Under the pieces are notes generated by a model. The model did no database searches. It was not told the origin of the DNA and saw nothing but the letters and a program-made list of their open reading frames with translations. The position numbers were made by a program, and so were the translations under genes. A stretch of 64,000 nucleotides of DNA, taken from NCBI GenBank assembly GCA_041617155.1, contig JBFJPL010000005.1:2564-66563 (forward strand). The letters run 5' to 3'. Shown here piece by piece: positions 21,821-32,694 of this stretch. Source of the stretch: Kiloniellales bacterium (GTDB taxonomy: Bacteria; Pseudomonadota; Alphaproteobacteria; Kiloniellales; JAKSDN01). Every line of letters begins with the position of its first letter. Position 1 is the stretch's first letter.

Positions 21821-22411
21821 TCATAGATGCTCCGCAGGCTCGGTGCCATCGGCCTGTACCGCCAATACTTTCTTGCGCCGGCGCATGACTTTTCTGCGGA
21901 TCCGCCAGCGCCGCGCGCGCTGATACTCGGCCACGATCCGGCGCATCGGCAAGAAGAACGAGACCCAGGCAATGATCGCGGTCGGGATGCCGCTGACCGT
22001 CATCGGCCAGAGCACCTGCCAGGGATGGTCGCGAATGTAGCTGAAGGTCAACTCGTTGGGCAGGTCGCTGACCGTGTCGTGTCCGAGCAGCCAGCGTCCC
22101 GAGACGTAGAGCCAATACCAGATGAACGGAAAGGTCCAGGGGTTGCCGATCACCGTGCCGATGCCAGAGGCAATCAGATTGCCCCTGATCAGCAAGGCCA
22201 GCAGCATGGCCAGCAGAATGTGAAAGCCGATAAAGGGCGTGAACGAGATCGCGGCGCCGCAGGCAAAGCCGGCGGCAATGCGATAGGGCGTTCCAGGCAG
22301 GCGGCCGAGCCGATGCGCGATATACTTCGCCGAGCGATGGAATCCCCCGGTCGGCCAGACGAACGCCTTGAGCCGGTGGGCGAATGGCAGGGGAATTCGG
22401 CGCTTGAACAT
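21821..22411 (-). CDS. DUF2062-like membrane protein
   Basis: 196 aa with GFACGAAISFTPFIGFH and several TM segments. It lies between spoT and acpS. Confidence 0.65.
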   Translation of the reverse strand: MFKRRIPLPFAHRLKAFVWPTGGFHRSAKYIAHRLGRLPGTPYRIAAGFACGAAISFTPFIGFHILLAMLLALLIRGNLIASGIGTVIGNPWTFPFIWYWLYVSGRWLLGHDTVSDLPNELTFSYIRDHPWQVLWPMTVSGIPTAIIAWVSFFLPMRRIVAEYQRARRWRIRRKVMRRRKKVLAVQADGTEPAEHL

Positions 22412-22491
22412 TTCCGCTAACGGGTCTCGAGGCGTCCAGGTAGTCGGTTAGATAACAGTCATGCTCGGTGTCCAAGGCGAAATCGCCGCGA

Positions 22492-24642
22492 TCAAGCGCG
22501 GGCCCGCTCGACCGAAGTGATCACTGGCGTAGCCCTCAGTGCCGCGATGATATTTGTCAGATGCTTCACATCAGTTACCTCGACATCGATCAACATCTCG
22601 AAAAAGTCGATCGAGCGGTTGGTGATCTTCAGGTTGCTGATGTTGCCCTGGTTCTTGCCGATGATGGTCGATAGCGACCCAAGACTGCCTGGTTCGTTTG
22701 CGACCACGACATGAAGCCTGCCAAGCCTGTGCTGGGCCTCGTCGCCGACGTCCCAGGCCAGATCGACCCAGCGTTCCGGCGTGTCCTGAAACCGCTCAAG
22801 CGTCTCGCAATCGATCGTGTGAACCGTAACACCCTTGCCGGTGGTCACGATGCCGACGATGCGATCGCCCGGCAGGGGGTGGCAACAGTGCGCGAAGTGC
22901 ACCGCCATGCCCGGAATCAGCCCCTTGATCGGGACCGCGTCGTCTTTGGCCTTGGTCTTCGCCTTACGCGCTCTGGCCCGCCCGATCGGGATGATGCTAT
23001 CGAGCTTCTTGCTGTACTTGACGCCCGGGAAAACGGCCAGCAGCACCTCGCGCGCCGTGCGGTGGCCCCGGCCCACGTCGGCGTAGAGGTCCACCGTGGC
23101 CTCGCACTGGAACTTCTTGAGCACACCCTCGATGGCCTTCTCGGCGAACTCGTAGCCTTCCTGGCGAAATGCCTTTTGCAGCATCTGCCGGCCGAGCTCG
23201 CCGTACTGTTCGCGTTGCTTGGCACGGATAAAGCGACGAATGCGCGACTTCGCCTTGCCGGTGACCACGAAGGTCTCCCAATCGGGCGACGGCGACTGGG
23301 CGCGCGAGGTGATGATATCGACCTGATCGCCGTTGCGCAGCGCCATACGCAGCGGCACCATGCGGCCGTTGACCTTGGAGCCGACACAGGTGTCACCCAC
23401 CTCGGAATGCACCGCATAGGCAAAATCGACCGGCGTGGCGCCCCGCGGCAAGGCGATCAGGTCGCCCTTGGGCGTGAAGCAGAAAACTTGATCCTGGAAC
23501 ATCTCCAGCTTGGTGTGCTCGAGAAATTCCTCCGGGTTCGATGCGTGCTCGAGGATATCGAGCAGCTCGCGCAGCCAACGGTACTGACGGCCATCGACCT
23601 GTTGGGCGCCTTGCTTGTACTTCCAGTGGGCCGCGACGCCGAACTCGGCCACTTCGTGCATCTCGCGGGTCCGGATCTGTACTTCGATACGCTGGCGCTC
23701 CGGCCCAATCAGACCGGTGTGCAGCGAACGGTAGCCGTTCGGCTTGGGCGTGGAGATGTAGTCCTTGAAGCGGCCGGGAACCACCGGATATCGGCTGTGC
23801 AGCAGGCCGAGCGCCTGGTAGCACTGGGTCACGTCGCGGACCACGACACGGAAAGCCATGAGGTCGGAGAGCTGCTCGAAGGTCACATTTTGACGCTGCA
23901 TCTTGCGCCAGATCGAGTAGGGCGACTTGACCCGGCCGGAGATCCAAGCCTCGATGCCGTCTTCGGCCAAATCGCGCTTGAGCCGGTCGACGATCTTGTC
24001 CGGCAGGTCCTCGCCGGCTTGCCGCAGAAATTCGAGCCGCGCCTGAACCGAATCCCTGGCGTCGACATTGAGCTGTGCGAAGGCCAGATCTTCGAGCTCG
24101 TCCTTGAACCGCTGCATGCCGATGCGTTCGGCGAGCGGCGCATAGATGTCCATGGTTTCTCGCGCCACACGCCGCCGCTTTTCCTCCGACTTGACGCAAC
24201 CCAGCGTGCGCATGTTGTGCAGGCGGTCGGCCAGTTTGACCAGGAGCACGCGGATATCCTCCGACATGGCCAGAACCAGCTTGCGGAAGTTCTCGGCGTG
24301 CTTGGTCTGCTCGGACTGCAGTTCCAGCTGGGAGAGCTTGGTCACGCCGTCGACCAGACGAGCGATCTCCTTGCCGAACATGCGCTCGACATCTTCCAAG
24401 GTGGTCTCGGTGTCCTCGACCACGTCGTGCAAGAGGGCGGTGATGATCGAGTTGTCGTCGAGCTTGAGGTCGGTCAGGATGCCGGCGACCTCGATAGGAT
24501 GGGAAAAGTAGGGGTCGCCCGACTCGCGCTTCTGCGAGCCGTGGACTTTCATCGCATAGACGTAGGCGCGATTGAGGGCGTCTTCGTCCGTTCCCGGATC
24601 GTAGGACCGGACCCGTTCGACAAGCTCAAACTGCCGAATCAT
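22492..24642 (-). CDS. spoT: Bifunctional (p)ppGpp synthetase/hydrolase (RelA/SpoT homologue)
   Basis: 716 aa. It has the HD hydrolase motif HDVVEDT, a synthetase region (RVKSPYSIWRKM), and TGS and C-terminal ACT-like regions. Confidence 0.9.
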   Translation of the reverse strand: MIRQFELVERVRSYDPGTDEDALNRAYVYAMKVHGSQKRESGDPYFSHPIEVAGILTDLKLDDNSIITALLHDVVEDTETTLEDVERMFGKEIARLVDGVTKLSQLELQSEQTKHAENFRKLVLAMSEDIRVLLVKLADRLHNMRTLGCVKSEEKRRRVARETMDIYAPLAERIGMQRFKDELEDLAFAQLNVDARDSVQARLEFLRQAGEDLPDKIVDRLKRDLAEDGIEAWISGRVKSPYSIWRKMQRQNVTFEQLSDLMAFRVVVRDVTQCYQALGLLHSRYPVVPGRFKDYISTPKPNGYRSLHTGLIGPERQRIEVQIRTREMHEVAEFGVAAHWKYKQGAQQVDGRQYRWLRELLDILEHASNPEEFLEHTKLEMFQDQVFCFTPKGDLIALPRGATPVDFAYAVHSEVGDTCVGSKVNGRMVPLRMALRNGDQVDIITSRAQSPSPDWETFVVTGKAKSRIRRFIRAKQREQYGELGRQMLQKAFRQEGYEFAEKAIEGVLKKFQCEATVDLYADVGRGHRTAREVLLAVFPGVKYSKKLDSIIPIGRARARKAKTKAKDDAVPIKGLIPGMAVHFAHCCHPLPGDRIVGIVTTGKGVTVHTIDCETLERFQDTPERWVDLAWDVGDEAQHRLGRLHVVVANEPGSLGSLSTIIGKNQGNISNLKITNRSIDFFEMLIDVEVTDVKHLTNIIAALRATPVITSVERARA

Positions 24643-24759
24643 GGTGCTTCAACGCGGCGGCTTTCGAAATCCTGCCTTCCGCATTCGAGCATAGGCACCC
24701 TCGATCCCGCCGCCAAGCCGCGAAACGGCGGGACTGTGGTAGAACTACCGAACTGCCGC

Positions 24760-25206
24760 TCAGACCTCTTCCTCGTCGCCGGCGGAGGCCTTCGCGACGT
24801 CCGCTTCGGCCGCCTCTTCGGTTTCCGCGACGACCGCGCCAGGCTCGATCTTCGCCATCGCCACCTCTTCCGAATCGGGAGATTCGGACGGCGCTTCGCC
24901 GCCCTCCACCGCCCCCAGCTCAACACCAGGGATGGTCGGCACATCGAACTCCGGTGCATCTTCCTCGGGTTCGTCGACCTCGACGTGCTTCTGCATGCCC
25001 TGCACTAGAGATTCTGCGAGTTTTTCCAAGGCGATAGTCTCGTCGGCGATCTCGCGCAGCGACACCACCGGGTTCTTGTCGTTGTCGCGGTCTATGGTCA
25101 GCGGCGCGCCGGAGGCAATGTCGCGCGCCCGTTGGGCCGCCAACATGACCAGATCGAACCGGTTGGGGATCTTGATGACACAGTCTTCAACGGTAACACG
25201 GGCCAT
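24760..25206 (-). CDS. rpoZ: DNA-directed RNA polymerase subunit omega (with acidic C-terminal extension)
   Basis: The start is trimmed to ATG 25206 ([28 protein letters not shown]). The tail is long and E/A-rich. Confidence 0.9.
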   Translation of the reverse strand: MARVTVEDCVIKIPNRFDLVMLAAQRARDIASGAPLTIDRDNDKNPVVSLREIADETIALEKLAESLVQGMQKHVEVDEPEEDAPEFDVPTIPGVELGAVEGGEAPSESPDSEEVAMAKIEPGAVVAETEEAAEADVAKASAGDEEEV

Positions 25207-25367
25207 GGGGCAAAAGCTCCAGTGTTTGTGGCATGACAGGGCGTGCCTGAAGGACCATGGAATATATGGATGAGGCCCCGTCAAAGCAAGGTGATTTGGC
25301 GGATTCCGATTGGATTTTAAGGGCTTTGTCGGGGGTCTTGAGAGACCGGTCCCCGGGGCGCTCGCTG

Positions 25368-25862
25368 CTAGTTGATCGGCCGGGCAGTCTGGCCCGACGG
25401 CAACCGTGACGCGAGCTCGGCGGCGCTCAGGCCGCTCAACGGATGACGCCAATCCGGTGCCAATTCGGCAAGCGGCAGTACGACGAAGGCCCGTTCGCCG
25501 AGACGAGGATGGGGCAGCACGGGTATCTCGTTCGGAGCGCTGACCTGACGGCCATAGGCCAGCAGATCCAAGTCGAGCACACGGGCCTCGTTCACCGACC
25601 GCCGCACCCGGCCGAAATCAGCCTCGATCCGATGGAGGCACGCCAGCAGCGCCGCCGCATCAAGTCCGGTCGCCAGTTCGGCTACCCCGTTGACGAACCA
25701 AGGCTGGTCGGACCGCGGTACGGGCGCGCTCTCGTACCAGCGGGAGCGCCGCAGAACTTGCACGCCCGCCTTGCCCAGTGCCACCAGGGCGGCCTCGCAG
25801 GTGAGCCGTGGCGGGCCGTGTTCAGGATGCGCCAGATTGGCGCCGAGGCCGATTAGGATCAC
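25368..25862 (-). CDS. folK: 2-amino-4-hydroxy-6-hydroxymethyldihydropteridine diphosphokinase
   Basis: 164 aa. [10 protein letters not shown]...SRWYESAPV...LDLDLL is the typical HPPK pattern. Confidence 0.85.
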   Translation of the reverse strand: MILIGLGANLAHPEHGPPRLTCEAALVALGKAGVQVLRRSRWYESAPVPRSDQPWFVNGVAELATGLDAAALLACLHRIEADFGRVRRSVNEARVLDLDLLAYGRQVSAPNEIPVLPHPRLGERAFVVLPLAELAPDWRHPLSGLSAAELASRLPSGQTARPIN

Positions 25863-26090
25863 GAGATGTTTGCTCCTAACACTCTAGGATCGCATAGATT
25901 CTTGCGCTATCTTTGTTCAGTCACAAGTTTGTTTGGCGGTTTCGCAAACTCTTGTCAGAGCGCCGTAAAGACCTAAATTGCATAGTAACCGCAATTGAAC
26001 GGCATGGACGGTCGGACTTATCTGGGTGTTTGGTGGTTACCCCGTCCTCGAGGCCGCAGAGAATATTTTGAAATTGTTGCAGAAAGGGCG

Positions 26091-26720
26091 ATGATGAATT
26101 TCCACCCTCAAGAACGTGTCGGTATTTTTATCGACGGCGCCAACCTTTACGCTACCGCACGAGCGCTGAACTTTGATATCGACTACAAGCGGCTGCTCGA
26201 TTTTTTCGAAGGCAAGGGGCGTCTGGTGCGAGCCTTCTACTATACCGCTCTGGTTGAAGATCAGGAATATTCTCCGATACGACCCCTGATAGACTGGCTC
26301 GACTACAATGGCTACACGATGGTGACCAAGCCGACCAAGGAGTTCACCGACGCCTCGGGCCGGCGTAAAATCAAGGGCAACATGGACATCGAACTGGCAA
26401 TCGATGTCATGGAGATGTCCGGTCACCTGGACCACATCGTGTTGTTTTCCGGCGACGGCGACTTCCGTCGCTTGGTCGAAGCGGTGCAGCGTCGCGGCCT
26501 GCGGGTCACGGTCATCTCTACGGTGCGCTCCCAGCCTTCGATGGTGGCGGACGAGCTGCGCCGGCAAGCGGACTGTTTCATCGACCTGATCGAGCTGCAG
26601 CAGCATATCGAGCGCGCGCTGCCGGCCGACCATCCCCGGTCGCGTGACCGGGAGGCCGACCAGGACGAATTCGACGACTACGAAGACGACGAAGAGTACT
26701 ACGAGTCCGAGCCGGCCTAG
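26091..26720 (+). CDS. NYN/LabA-like (DUF88) domain protein with acidic tail
   Basis: The start is trimmed to ATG 26091. It reads VGIFIDGANLY...FSGDGDF (PIN-like acidic residues). The C-terminus is DEFDDYEDDEEYYESE. Confidence 0.75.
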   Translation: MMNFHPQERVGIFIDGANLYATARALNFDIDYKRLLDFFEGKGRLVRAFYYTALVEDQEYSPIRPLIDWLDYNGYTMVTKPTKEFTDASGRRKIKGNMDIELAIDVMEMSGHLDHIVLFSGDGDFRRLVEAVQRRGLRVTVISTVRSQPSMVADELRRQADCFIDLIELQQHIERALPADHPRSRDREADQDEFDDYEDDEEYYESEPA

Positions 26721-26772
26721 GTGCCTGTCCGAGTATTGGCCATGGATTTCTAGCGGCATCCGATTCACCGAC

Positions 26773-27441
26773 ATGGGGGATTGCGCCCAGGCGACACCAG
26801 AGCCGGACTGCCGGCTATGCCCACGTCTGGCTGCGTTCCGCGCGGCCAACCGGGACGCCCTACCCGGCTATTTCAACGCGCCCGTGCCCTCGTTCGGCGA
26901 CCCTTTGGCACGTCTTTTGATCGTCGGCCTTGCGCCGGGCCTGAGGGGCGCGAATCGCACCGGCCGGCCGTTCACCGGCGACTACGCCGGCGACCTGCTC
27001 TACGCCACGCTTCAGACCTTCGGCTTCGCACGGGGTCGCTACGACCGGCGGCCGGACGACGGCTTCGAACTGGTCGGCTGCCGCGTCACCAACGCCGTGC
27101 GTTGCGTGCCACCGGAAAACAAGCCGCTGACCGAGGAAATCGCGATCTGCCGGCGCTTCCTGGAAGCGGAACTGGCGGCGCTTGGCAAGCTGGAAGTGGT
27201 TCTGGCGCTGGGCGGGATCGCCCATGGCGCCGTGCTCGGCGCCCAAGGCCTGCGCAAGAGCCACTACCGCTTCGCCCACGGCGCCTTGCACGAGCTGCCC
27301 GGCGGCTTGCTGCTGGCCGACAGCTATCACTGTTCGCGTTACAACACCAATACCGGCCGCCTCACCGAGGCGATGTTCCACGAGGTTTTCGCCGTACTCA
27401 AGGGCTGGATGAGCCAGGAGCCCGTGCGCCGCACTCGGTAA
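26773..27441 (+). CDS. Uracil-DNA glycosylase, family 5 (UdgB)-like
   Basis: The start is trimmed to ATG 26773. It has CRLCPRL, and the motif GLAPGLRGANRTGRPFTGD matches the family-5 signature as I recall it. Confidence 0.75.
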   Translation: MGDCAQATPEPDCRLCPRLAAFRAANRDALPGYFNAPVPSFGDPLARLLIVGLAPGLRGANRTGRPFTGDYAGDLLYATLQTFGFARGRYDRRPDDGFELVGCRVTNAVRCVPPENKPLTEEIAICRRFLEAELAALGKLEVVLALGGIAHGAVLGAQGLRKSHYRFAHGALHELPGGLLLADSYHCSRYNTNTGRLTEAMFHEVFAVLKGWMSQEPVRRTR

Positions 27442-27446
27442 GGTTC

Positions 27447-27911
27447 CTAACCTTTTTCGCGCATCAACCGGGCCTTCTGGCGTTGCCAGTCGCGCTGCTT
27501 CTCGGTCTCGCGCTTGTCGATCTTCTGCTTGCCGCGAGCCAGGCCCAATTCCAGCTTGGCAATCCCACGCGCGTTGAAATAGAGCCTGAGCGGGACCAGG
27601 GTATAGCCCTGGCGGCGAACCAGGCCGATCAAACGGTCGACCTCGCGGCGATGCAGCAGCAGCTTGCGCGGGCGCTTGGGCTCGTGATTGAACCGGCTGG
27701 CCGCCTCATAGACCGGAATCTGGGCGTTCAGCAGGTAGAGCTCGCCGTTCTGGTCGGTGGCATAGGCCTCGGCGATCGAGGCGCGCCCGCGGCGCAGCGA
27801 CTTGACCTCGGTGCCCATCAGCATCAGGCCCGCTTCGAGGCTTTCCTCGATAAAGTAGTTGTGGCGCGCCTTACGGTTCTGGGCGACGAGCTGCTCTGCG
27901 GCCACTGCCAC
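27447..27911 (-). CDS. smpB: SsrA-binding protein
   Basis: 154 aa, reading [10 protein letters not shown]...GTEVKSLR. Confidence 0.9.
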   Translation of the reverse strand: MAVAAEQLVAQNRKARHNYFIEESLEAGLMLMGTEVKSLRRGRASIAEAYATDQNGELYLLNAQIPVYEAASRFNHEPKRPRKLLLHRREVDRLIGLVRRQGYTLVPLRLYFNARGIAKLELGLARGKQKIDKRETEKQRDWQRQKARLMREKG

Positions 27912-27914
27912 TGA

Positions 27915-28802
27915 TTAGTTGATCAGACCGGCATGCGCCATGGCCTCGCGTACCCGGATCTCGGTCTGTTCCGTAACCGGGACGAGCGGCTGACGCACAT
28001 TGTTGGCGCATTTGCCCAAAAGGCTCGCGCCGAATTTGACAGGGGCGGGGCTGGATTCGATGAAGAGTGCCTCATGCAATGGCATCAAGCGATCATTTAT
28101 CGCCTGCACCGTGTCGAACTCGCCGTTCTGCCAAGCCTCGTGCAATTCGGCGCACAGCTTCGGCGCCACGTTGGAGGTGACCGAGATGCAGCCGTGGCCG
28201 CCTTGGGCCAGGAAAGGCACCACGGTCGCGTCCTCGCCAGAAAGTTGGCTAAAGTCCGTGCCGATAGCGCGGCGGGTCTTGGCCGGCCGCGTCAAGTCGG
28301 CAGTCGCATCCTTGACGCCGACGATGTTGGGCAGCTTCGCCAGGCGGGCCATGGTCTCGACGCTCATGTCGACCACGCAGCGGCCCGGGATATTGTAGAT
28401 GACGATCGGCATGTCGACCGCGTCGTGGATCGACCTGTAGTGCCGATAGAGCCCTTCCTGGGTCGGCTTGTTGTAGTAAGGCGTCACGATCAGCGCGGCG
28501 TCGGCCCCCGCCTGCTTGGCGTGCCTGGTGAGCTCGATCGCCTCGTCGGTCGAGTTGGAACCGGTGCCGGCGATCACCGGCACACGTCCCTTGGCGACTT
28601 CGACGCAAAGCGCCGTGACCCGCATATCTTCCTCATGGGACAGGGTCGGCGACTCACCCGTGGTGCCGCAGGGCACCAAGCCGTGGCTGCCCTGGTCGAT
28701 CTGCCACTCGACGAAATCTTGAAAGGCTTTTTCGTCCACCGATCCGTTGGCGAAGGGCGTGAGGAGCGCGGTAAATGAACCCTTGAACTTCGGCCCGGAC
28801 AT
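27915..28802 (-). CDS. dapA: 4-hydroxy-tetrahydrodipicolinate synthase
   Basis: 295 aa with the [10 protein letters not shown] motif and the GVKDAT Schiff-base lysine region. Confidence 0.9.
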   Translation of the reverse strand: MSGPKFKGSFTALLTPFANGSVDEKAFQDFVEWQIDQGSHGLVPCGTTGESPTLSHEEDMRVTALCVEVAKGRVPVIAGTGSNSTDEAIELTRHAKQAGADAALIVTPYYNKPTQEGLYRHYRSIHDAVDMPIVIYNIPGRCVVDMSVETMARLAKLPNIVGVKDATADLTRPAKTRRAIGTDFSQLSGEDATVVPFLAQGGHGCISVTSNVAPKLCAELHEAWQNGEFDTVQAINDRLMPLHEALFIESSPAPVKFGASLLGKCANNVRQPLVPVTEQTEIRVREAMAHAGLIN

Positions 28803-29029
28803 GGTACTACCCCGGTGTTGTCATGTTTGCGTGGCAAAGGCCTGCGGAGGGCCCTTTTGGCGGACCATACTCGCTTGACCGAAGACCGGCAAGGCTGCCG
28901 AGGCGGCTGGTCCGTCGTCACAATATCGTCACCCGCCAATCCGGTGCAAATACGCTAATCTGTTAATAACCCTGGTGTAAATTCCTCCTTCGTGGGAACT
29001 TGAAATCAGGATAGAGGATTAGGACAATC

Positions 29030-31009
29030 GTGCCACGTCGCGTGCACATATCCTTAACCGTGCTTGTTGGCCTGCTCCTGACGGCGATTCCGGCGCATGC
29101 CCGGGCGGCGTCGCTGTCCGAGGCCGACCGGACGACCTACAAGGCGGCTTTCAAGGAATTTGGAGCCAAAAACTATGCGAAAGCCCGCCTGCTGACGGGC
29201 AATGCGGCCGATTTTCTGCCCGGCAAGGTGATCGATTGGCTCGACCTGACCCGCAACGACACCGAAGCGGAATTCGACGAGCTGGCCAGGTTCATCGAGC
29301 GCAACCCCGACTGGCCCCGTGGACGAACCCTGCGCCGCAATGCCGAGCGCGCCATGCCGGCCGATATGCCGGACGCCAAGCTGCTCGCCTGGTTCGAGGA
29401 GCGCCCACCGGTCACCGTCGACGGCGCCCTGCGCTATCTACACGCCACGGAACGCACCGGCGACCGCGGCCGAACCGTGGAGCTTTTGCGCGACATCTGG
29501 ATAAACTTCGATTTCACCCGGGAGCAGGAACACGGCTTTCGCGAGCGCTACGGCAAGGATCTGCGCCTCGATGACGAGATTGCCCGCCTCCACCGGCTTT
29601 TGTGGAAACGCAGTGCCAAGGCGGCACGGCGGCAAGCCAGGCGCATCGGCAACGACTACGTCGCTCTGGCCGAGGCCCGTTTGCTGTTGGCCTATCGAAG
29701 CCGGGGTGTAGACCGTGCCGTCAAGCGGGTGCCTAACTCGCTGCGTGACGATCCGGGCTTCATCTATGACCGGGCCCGCTGGCGCCGACGCAAGGGTCGC
29801 TACAAGGGCGTCGTAGAGCTGCTCGATCCACCGCGGCCCGAGGCGCCCCATCCGGAGTTCTGGTGGCCGCTCCGCCACTGGGCGGCCCGCGAAGCGCTGG
29901 ACCGCAAGCAGCATGGGGTCGCCTACCGCCTTTCCAGCAATCACGGTTTTGAACGCGGGATCGGCTTTGCCGAAGCGGAATGGCTTGCCGGCTGGATCGC
30001 GTTGCGCTTTGTGAAGGACCCAAAAACCGCCTATCAGCATTTCGTCAGACTCTATGAAGGCGTCAAGACGCCGGTCAGCCGGGCACGCGGCGCCTACTGG
30101 GCGGGCGAAGCTGCCCAAGCCAAGAACAGCACCAAATGGGCCAAGCATTGGTACCGGCTGGCGGCGAGCCACGCCTCGACCTACTATGGCCAGCTGGCAG
30201 CCCAGCGCCTGGGACAGAACCGTGAAGTTGTTTTGCCGGCAAGCTCGGACTCAACGCCGGTCGAACGTGAAGCGTTCGAAAACAAAGAGCTGGTGCGGGT
30301 CGTGCGGCTGCTCGGCGATCTGGGCGAAGATCAGTACCAGCGGATCTTCCTCGACCGCCTGCGACAAACGGCCAGTTCGCCCAGCGAATTCCAGCTGACC
30401 GCCGAGTTGGCTCTGGAGGCCGGGCGCCCCGACCGGGCCCTCAGGACCGCTAAGGATGCCCGCAAGGTCGGCATCATTCTGCCGGAACAGCTCTATCCGC
30501 TGCCCAACCTGCCCGAAACCCGCAAGCTCGACCCGACGCTGGTTTTGTCGGTGATTCGCCAGGAAAGCCAGTTCTACACCGAAGCGGTCAGCAGCTCGGG
30601 CGCCCGTGGCCTGATGCAGCTGATGCCGGCCACGGCCAAGCGTGTGGCGCGCAAGCTAAAGCTCCGCTATCGGCGTAACAAGCTCACGGCGAACCCCGCC
30701 TTCAATATGCGACTCGGCGAGGCCTATCTCGCGCAACTTCTGAAGCGCTACAAGGGCTCGCGGCTGCTGGCTCTGGCGGCCTACAACGCCGGCCCGCGCC
30801 GAGTCGACCGCTGGATCAGAAATTACGGCGACCCGCGCAAAGCCAATGTTGACGAGGTCGATTGGGCGGAGCGCATCCCCTTCAGGGAAACGCGGAACTA
30901 CGTTCAGCGCATTCTCGAAGCGGTGCCGATCTACGGCCTGCGCCTAGCCGACAGGCGGGTCGACCTGCCGCTCGACCAGGCAACCGCCGGATTTCCCGTC
31001 AATGACTAG
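29030..31009 (+). CDS. slt: Soluble lytic murein transglycosylase (Slt70-like)
   Basis: GTG start and a signal peptide, then a superhelical N-terminal region. The C-terminal SLT domain reads IRQESQF...GLMQLMP...AYNAGP. Confidence 0.85.
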   Translation: MPRRVHISLTVLVGLLLTAIPAHARAASLSEADRTTYKAAFKEFGAKNYAKARLLTGNAADFLPGKVIDWLDLTRNDTEAEFDELARFIERNPDWPRGRTLRRNAERAMPADMPDAKLLAWFEERPPVTVDGALRYLHATERTGDRGRTVELLRDIWINFDFTREQEHGFRERYGKDLRLDDEIARLHRLLWKRSAKAARRQARRIGNDYVALAEARLLLAYRSRGVDRAVKRVPNSLRDDPGFIYDRARWRRRKGRYKGVVELLDPPRPEAPHPEFWWPLRHWAAREALDRKQHGVAYRLSSNHGFERGIGFAEAEWLAGWIALRFVKDPKTAYQHFVRLYEGVKTPVSRARGAYWAGEAAQAKNSTKWAKHWYRLAASHASTYYGQLAAQRLGQNREVVLPASSDSTPVEREAFENKELVRVVRLLGDLGEDQYQRIFLDRLRQTASSPSEFQLTAELALEAGRPDRALRTAKDARKVGIILPEQLYPLPNLPETRKLDPTLVLSVIRQESQFYTEAVSSSGARGLMQLMPATAKRVARKLKLRYRRNKLTANPAFNMRLGEAYLAQLLKRYKGSRLLALAAYNAGPRRVDRWIRNYGDPRKANVDEVDWAERIPFRETRNYVQRILEAVPIYGLRLADRRVDLPLDQATAGFPVND

Positions 31010-31052
31010 CAACTGTTGCATTTCGTGCCCTGACGCGCTTGCTTAAGAGCAT

Positions 31053-31070
31053 GCGCCGGCCAGCCGGCGC
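31053..31070 (+). terminator. Short GC hairpin downstream of slt
   Basis: gcgccgg-ccag-ccggcgc gives a 7-bp stem followed by tgtt. The U-tract is weak. Confidence 0.25.
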
Positions 31071-31099
31071 TGTTCCGACTGCGAGAAAGCGAGCAAATC

Positions 31100-31786
31100 A
31101 TGAGCCACCCAGCTTTTGCCGATATCGGCGCCTGCGTGTTCGATGCCTACGGCACGCTGTTCAACGTCCATTCCGCCGTGGCGCGGGGCGGGCAGCCGCT
31201 CGGCGACAAGGCCCAAGGCGTTTCCGACCTGTGGCGGCAGAAGCAGTTGGAGTACACCTGGCTGCGCAGCCTGATGGGCAGCCACGTGGATTTCTGGCAA
31301 GTCACCCAGGACGGCCTGGACTATGCCCTAGCCGCCCACGGCGTCGACGATGCCACGCTGAAACAGCACCTCATGGAGCTTTATCTGACGCTCGATGCCT
31401 ATCCGGATGTGGCCGCCTGCCTGACCAAATTGAGGGCCGGCGACAAGGCGACCGCAATCCTGTCCAACGGCAGCCCGCACATGCTCGAGGCCGCGGTCGG
31501 CTCGGCCGGATTGGCCAGCCTGCTGGACAAGGCGCTGTCGATCGAAGCGGTCGGTATCTACAAGCCGGACAGGCGGGTCTATCAGCTTGCGGTCGAGCAG
31601 CTCGGCGTCGCCGCGGCGCGGATCTGCTTCGTGTCGACCAATGCCTGGGACGCCTCGGGTGCAGCCCATTTCGGCTTCAAGGTGGCCTGGCTGAACCGCT
31701 TCAGCAAGCAGCCCGAGCGCCTGCCGGGCGAGCTCTCGGCGGTGATCACCACGCTCGCCGACCTGCCGCCGTTGCTTGGTCTCTAG
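31100..31786 (+). CDS. Haloacid dehalogenase type II (HAD superfamily)
   Basis: 228 aa. It has HAD motif I FDAYGTLF, SNG, and a C-terminal region typical of L-2-haloacid dehalogenases. Confidence 0.8.
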   Translation: MSHPAFADIGACVFDAYGTLFNVHSAVARGGQPLGDKAQGVSDLWRQKQLEYTWLRSLMGSHVDFWQVTQDGLDYALAAHGVDDATLKQHLMELYLTLDAYPDVAACLTKLRAGDKATAILSNGSPHMLEAAVGSAGLASLLDKALSIEAVGIYKPDRRVYQLAVEQLGVAAARICFVSTNAWDASGAAHFGFKVAWLNRFSKQPERLPGELSAVITTLADLPPLLGL

Positions 31787-31797
31787 GCCGCCATGTT

Positions 31798-32694
31798 GTG
31801 ACCGCAGAGAGCGAGGCCTACAGCGAACGCTGGATCACGGTCCAGGACGGGCTCAGGCTCTACGTGCGCGACTATGGCGACCGCCTGGCGCCTGGCAAAC
31901 CGCTGTTGTGCCTGGGCGGCCTGACTCGCAACTCCAAGGATTTCCATCATCTTGCGTGCCGTCTGTCGGCCGAACGGCGAGTGATCTGCCCGGATTACCG
32001 GGGCCGCGGCCGTTCCGAGTACGACCCGGACTGGCGGCACTACCGGCCGGAAACCTACCTGCGCGATCTGGCGCACCTGCTCGCGGCCTGCAACCTTCAT
32101 CGCGTAGTGGTCTGCGGCACTTCGATGGGTGGGCTGCTGTCCATGGCTCTGGGGGTCACCAATCCCACCGCCCTGGCGGGTGTCATCCTGAACGATGTCG
32201 GACCGGATCTGGCGCCGCAAGGTCTTACGCGGATCATGAGCTATGTCGGCGTGGACCGCCCGCAGCACGACTGGGACGGCGCCATCGCCCATCTCCAGCA
32301 GCTGTTCGGCCGGGATTCCCACCGCGACGAGGCCACTTGGCGCCGGTTCGCCGAGGCGACTTATCGTCTGGCCGACGACGGCTTGCTGCACTATGACTGG
32401 GATGTGGCGCTGGCCAAGCCCCTGCTGCACAGCGGTGGCGCCTTGCCAGACCTTTGGAAGCTTTATGGCGCTCTCGCCAGGGTGCCGGTACTGGCGCTGC
32501 GCGGCGCCCTTTCCGACGTGCTCACAAAGGCGACCTTCGCGCGCATGGCCGGGGAGAAACCGGACCTCGTCCAGGTAACCGTACCGGACGTCGGCCACAC
32601 CCCGGAACTTGACGAACCGCTAGCAGAGAAGGCAATCGATGACTTCCTCGCCCAACTCGACGGCCCAGGGCCCAAATGCCGAGAGTGGAGCTGA
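31798..32694 (+). CDS. Alpha/beta-fold hydrolase
   Basis: Only the distal part of track ORF 31039..32694 is credible. It starts at GTG 31798, has the nucleophile elbow GTSMGG, and a late His in VGHTP. Confidence 0.7.
   Translation: MTAESEAYSERWITVQDGLRLYVRDYGDRLAPGKPLLCLGGLTRNSKDFHHLACRLSAERRVICPDYRGRGRSEYDPDWRHYRPETYLRDLAHLLAACNLHRVVVCGTSMGGLLSMALGVTNPTALAGVILNDVGPDLAPQGLTRIMSYVGVDRPQHDWDGAIAHLQQLFGRDSHRDEATWRRFAEATYRLADDGLLHYDWDVALAKPLLHSGGALPDLWKLYGALARVPVLALRGALSDVLTKATFARMAGEKPDLVQVTVPDVGHTPELDEPLAEKAIDDFLAQLDGPGPKCREWS

Noticed and set aside
22711-25008. 765-aa plus-strand ORF.
   Set aside because: It is antisense to spoT and rpoZ, which have unmistakable motifs. This is a typical high-GC shadow ORF.
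27442-27915. Looked for a tmRNA (ssrA) gene next to smpB, and for tRNAs generally.
   Set aside because: The flanks are only 5 and 3 nt long. I found no T-loop-like GGTTCGA(A/T)TCC context in any intergenic region. A covariance-model scan would be needed for certainty.
31039-31797. First 253 codons of the 551-aa ORF 31039..32694.
   Set aside because: It overlaps the well-supported haloacid dehalogenase gene in another frame. Hydrolase homology begins only after GTG 31798.
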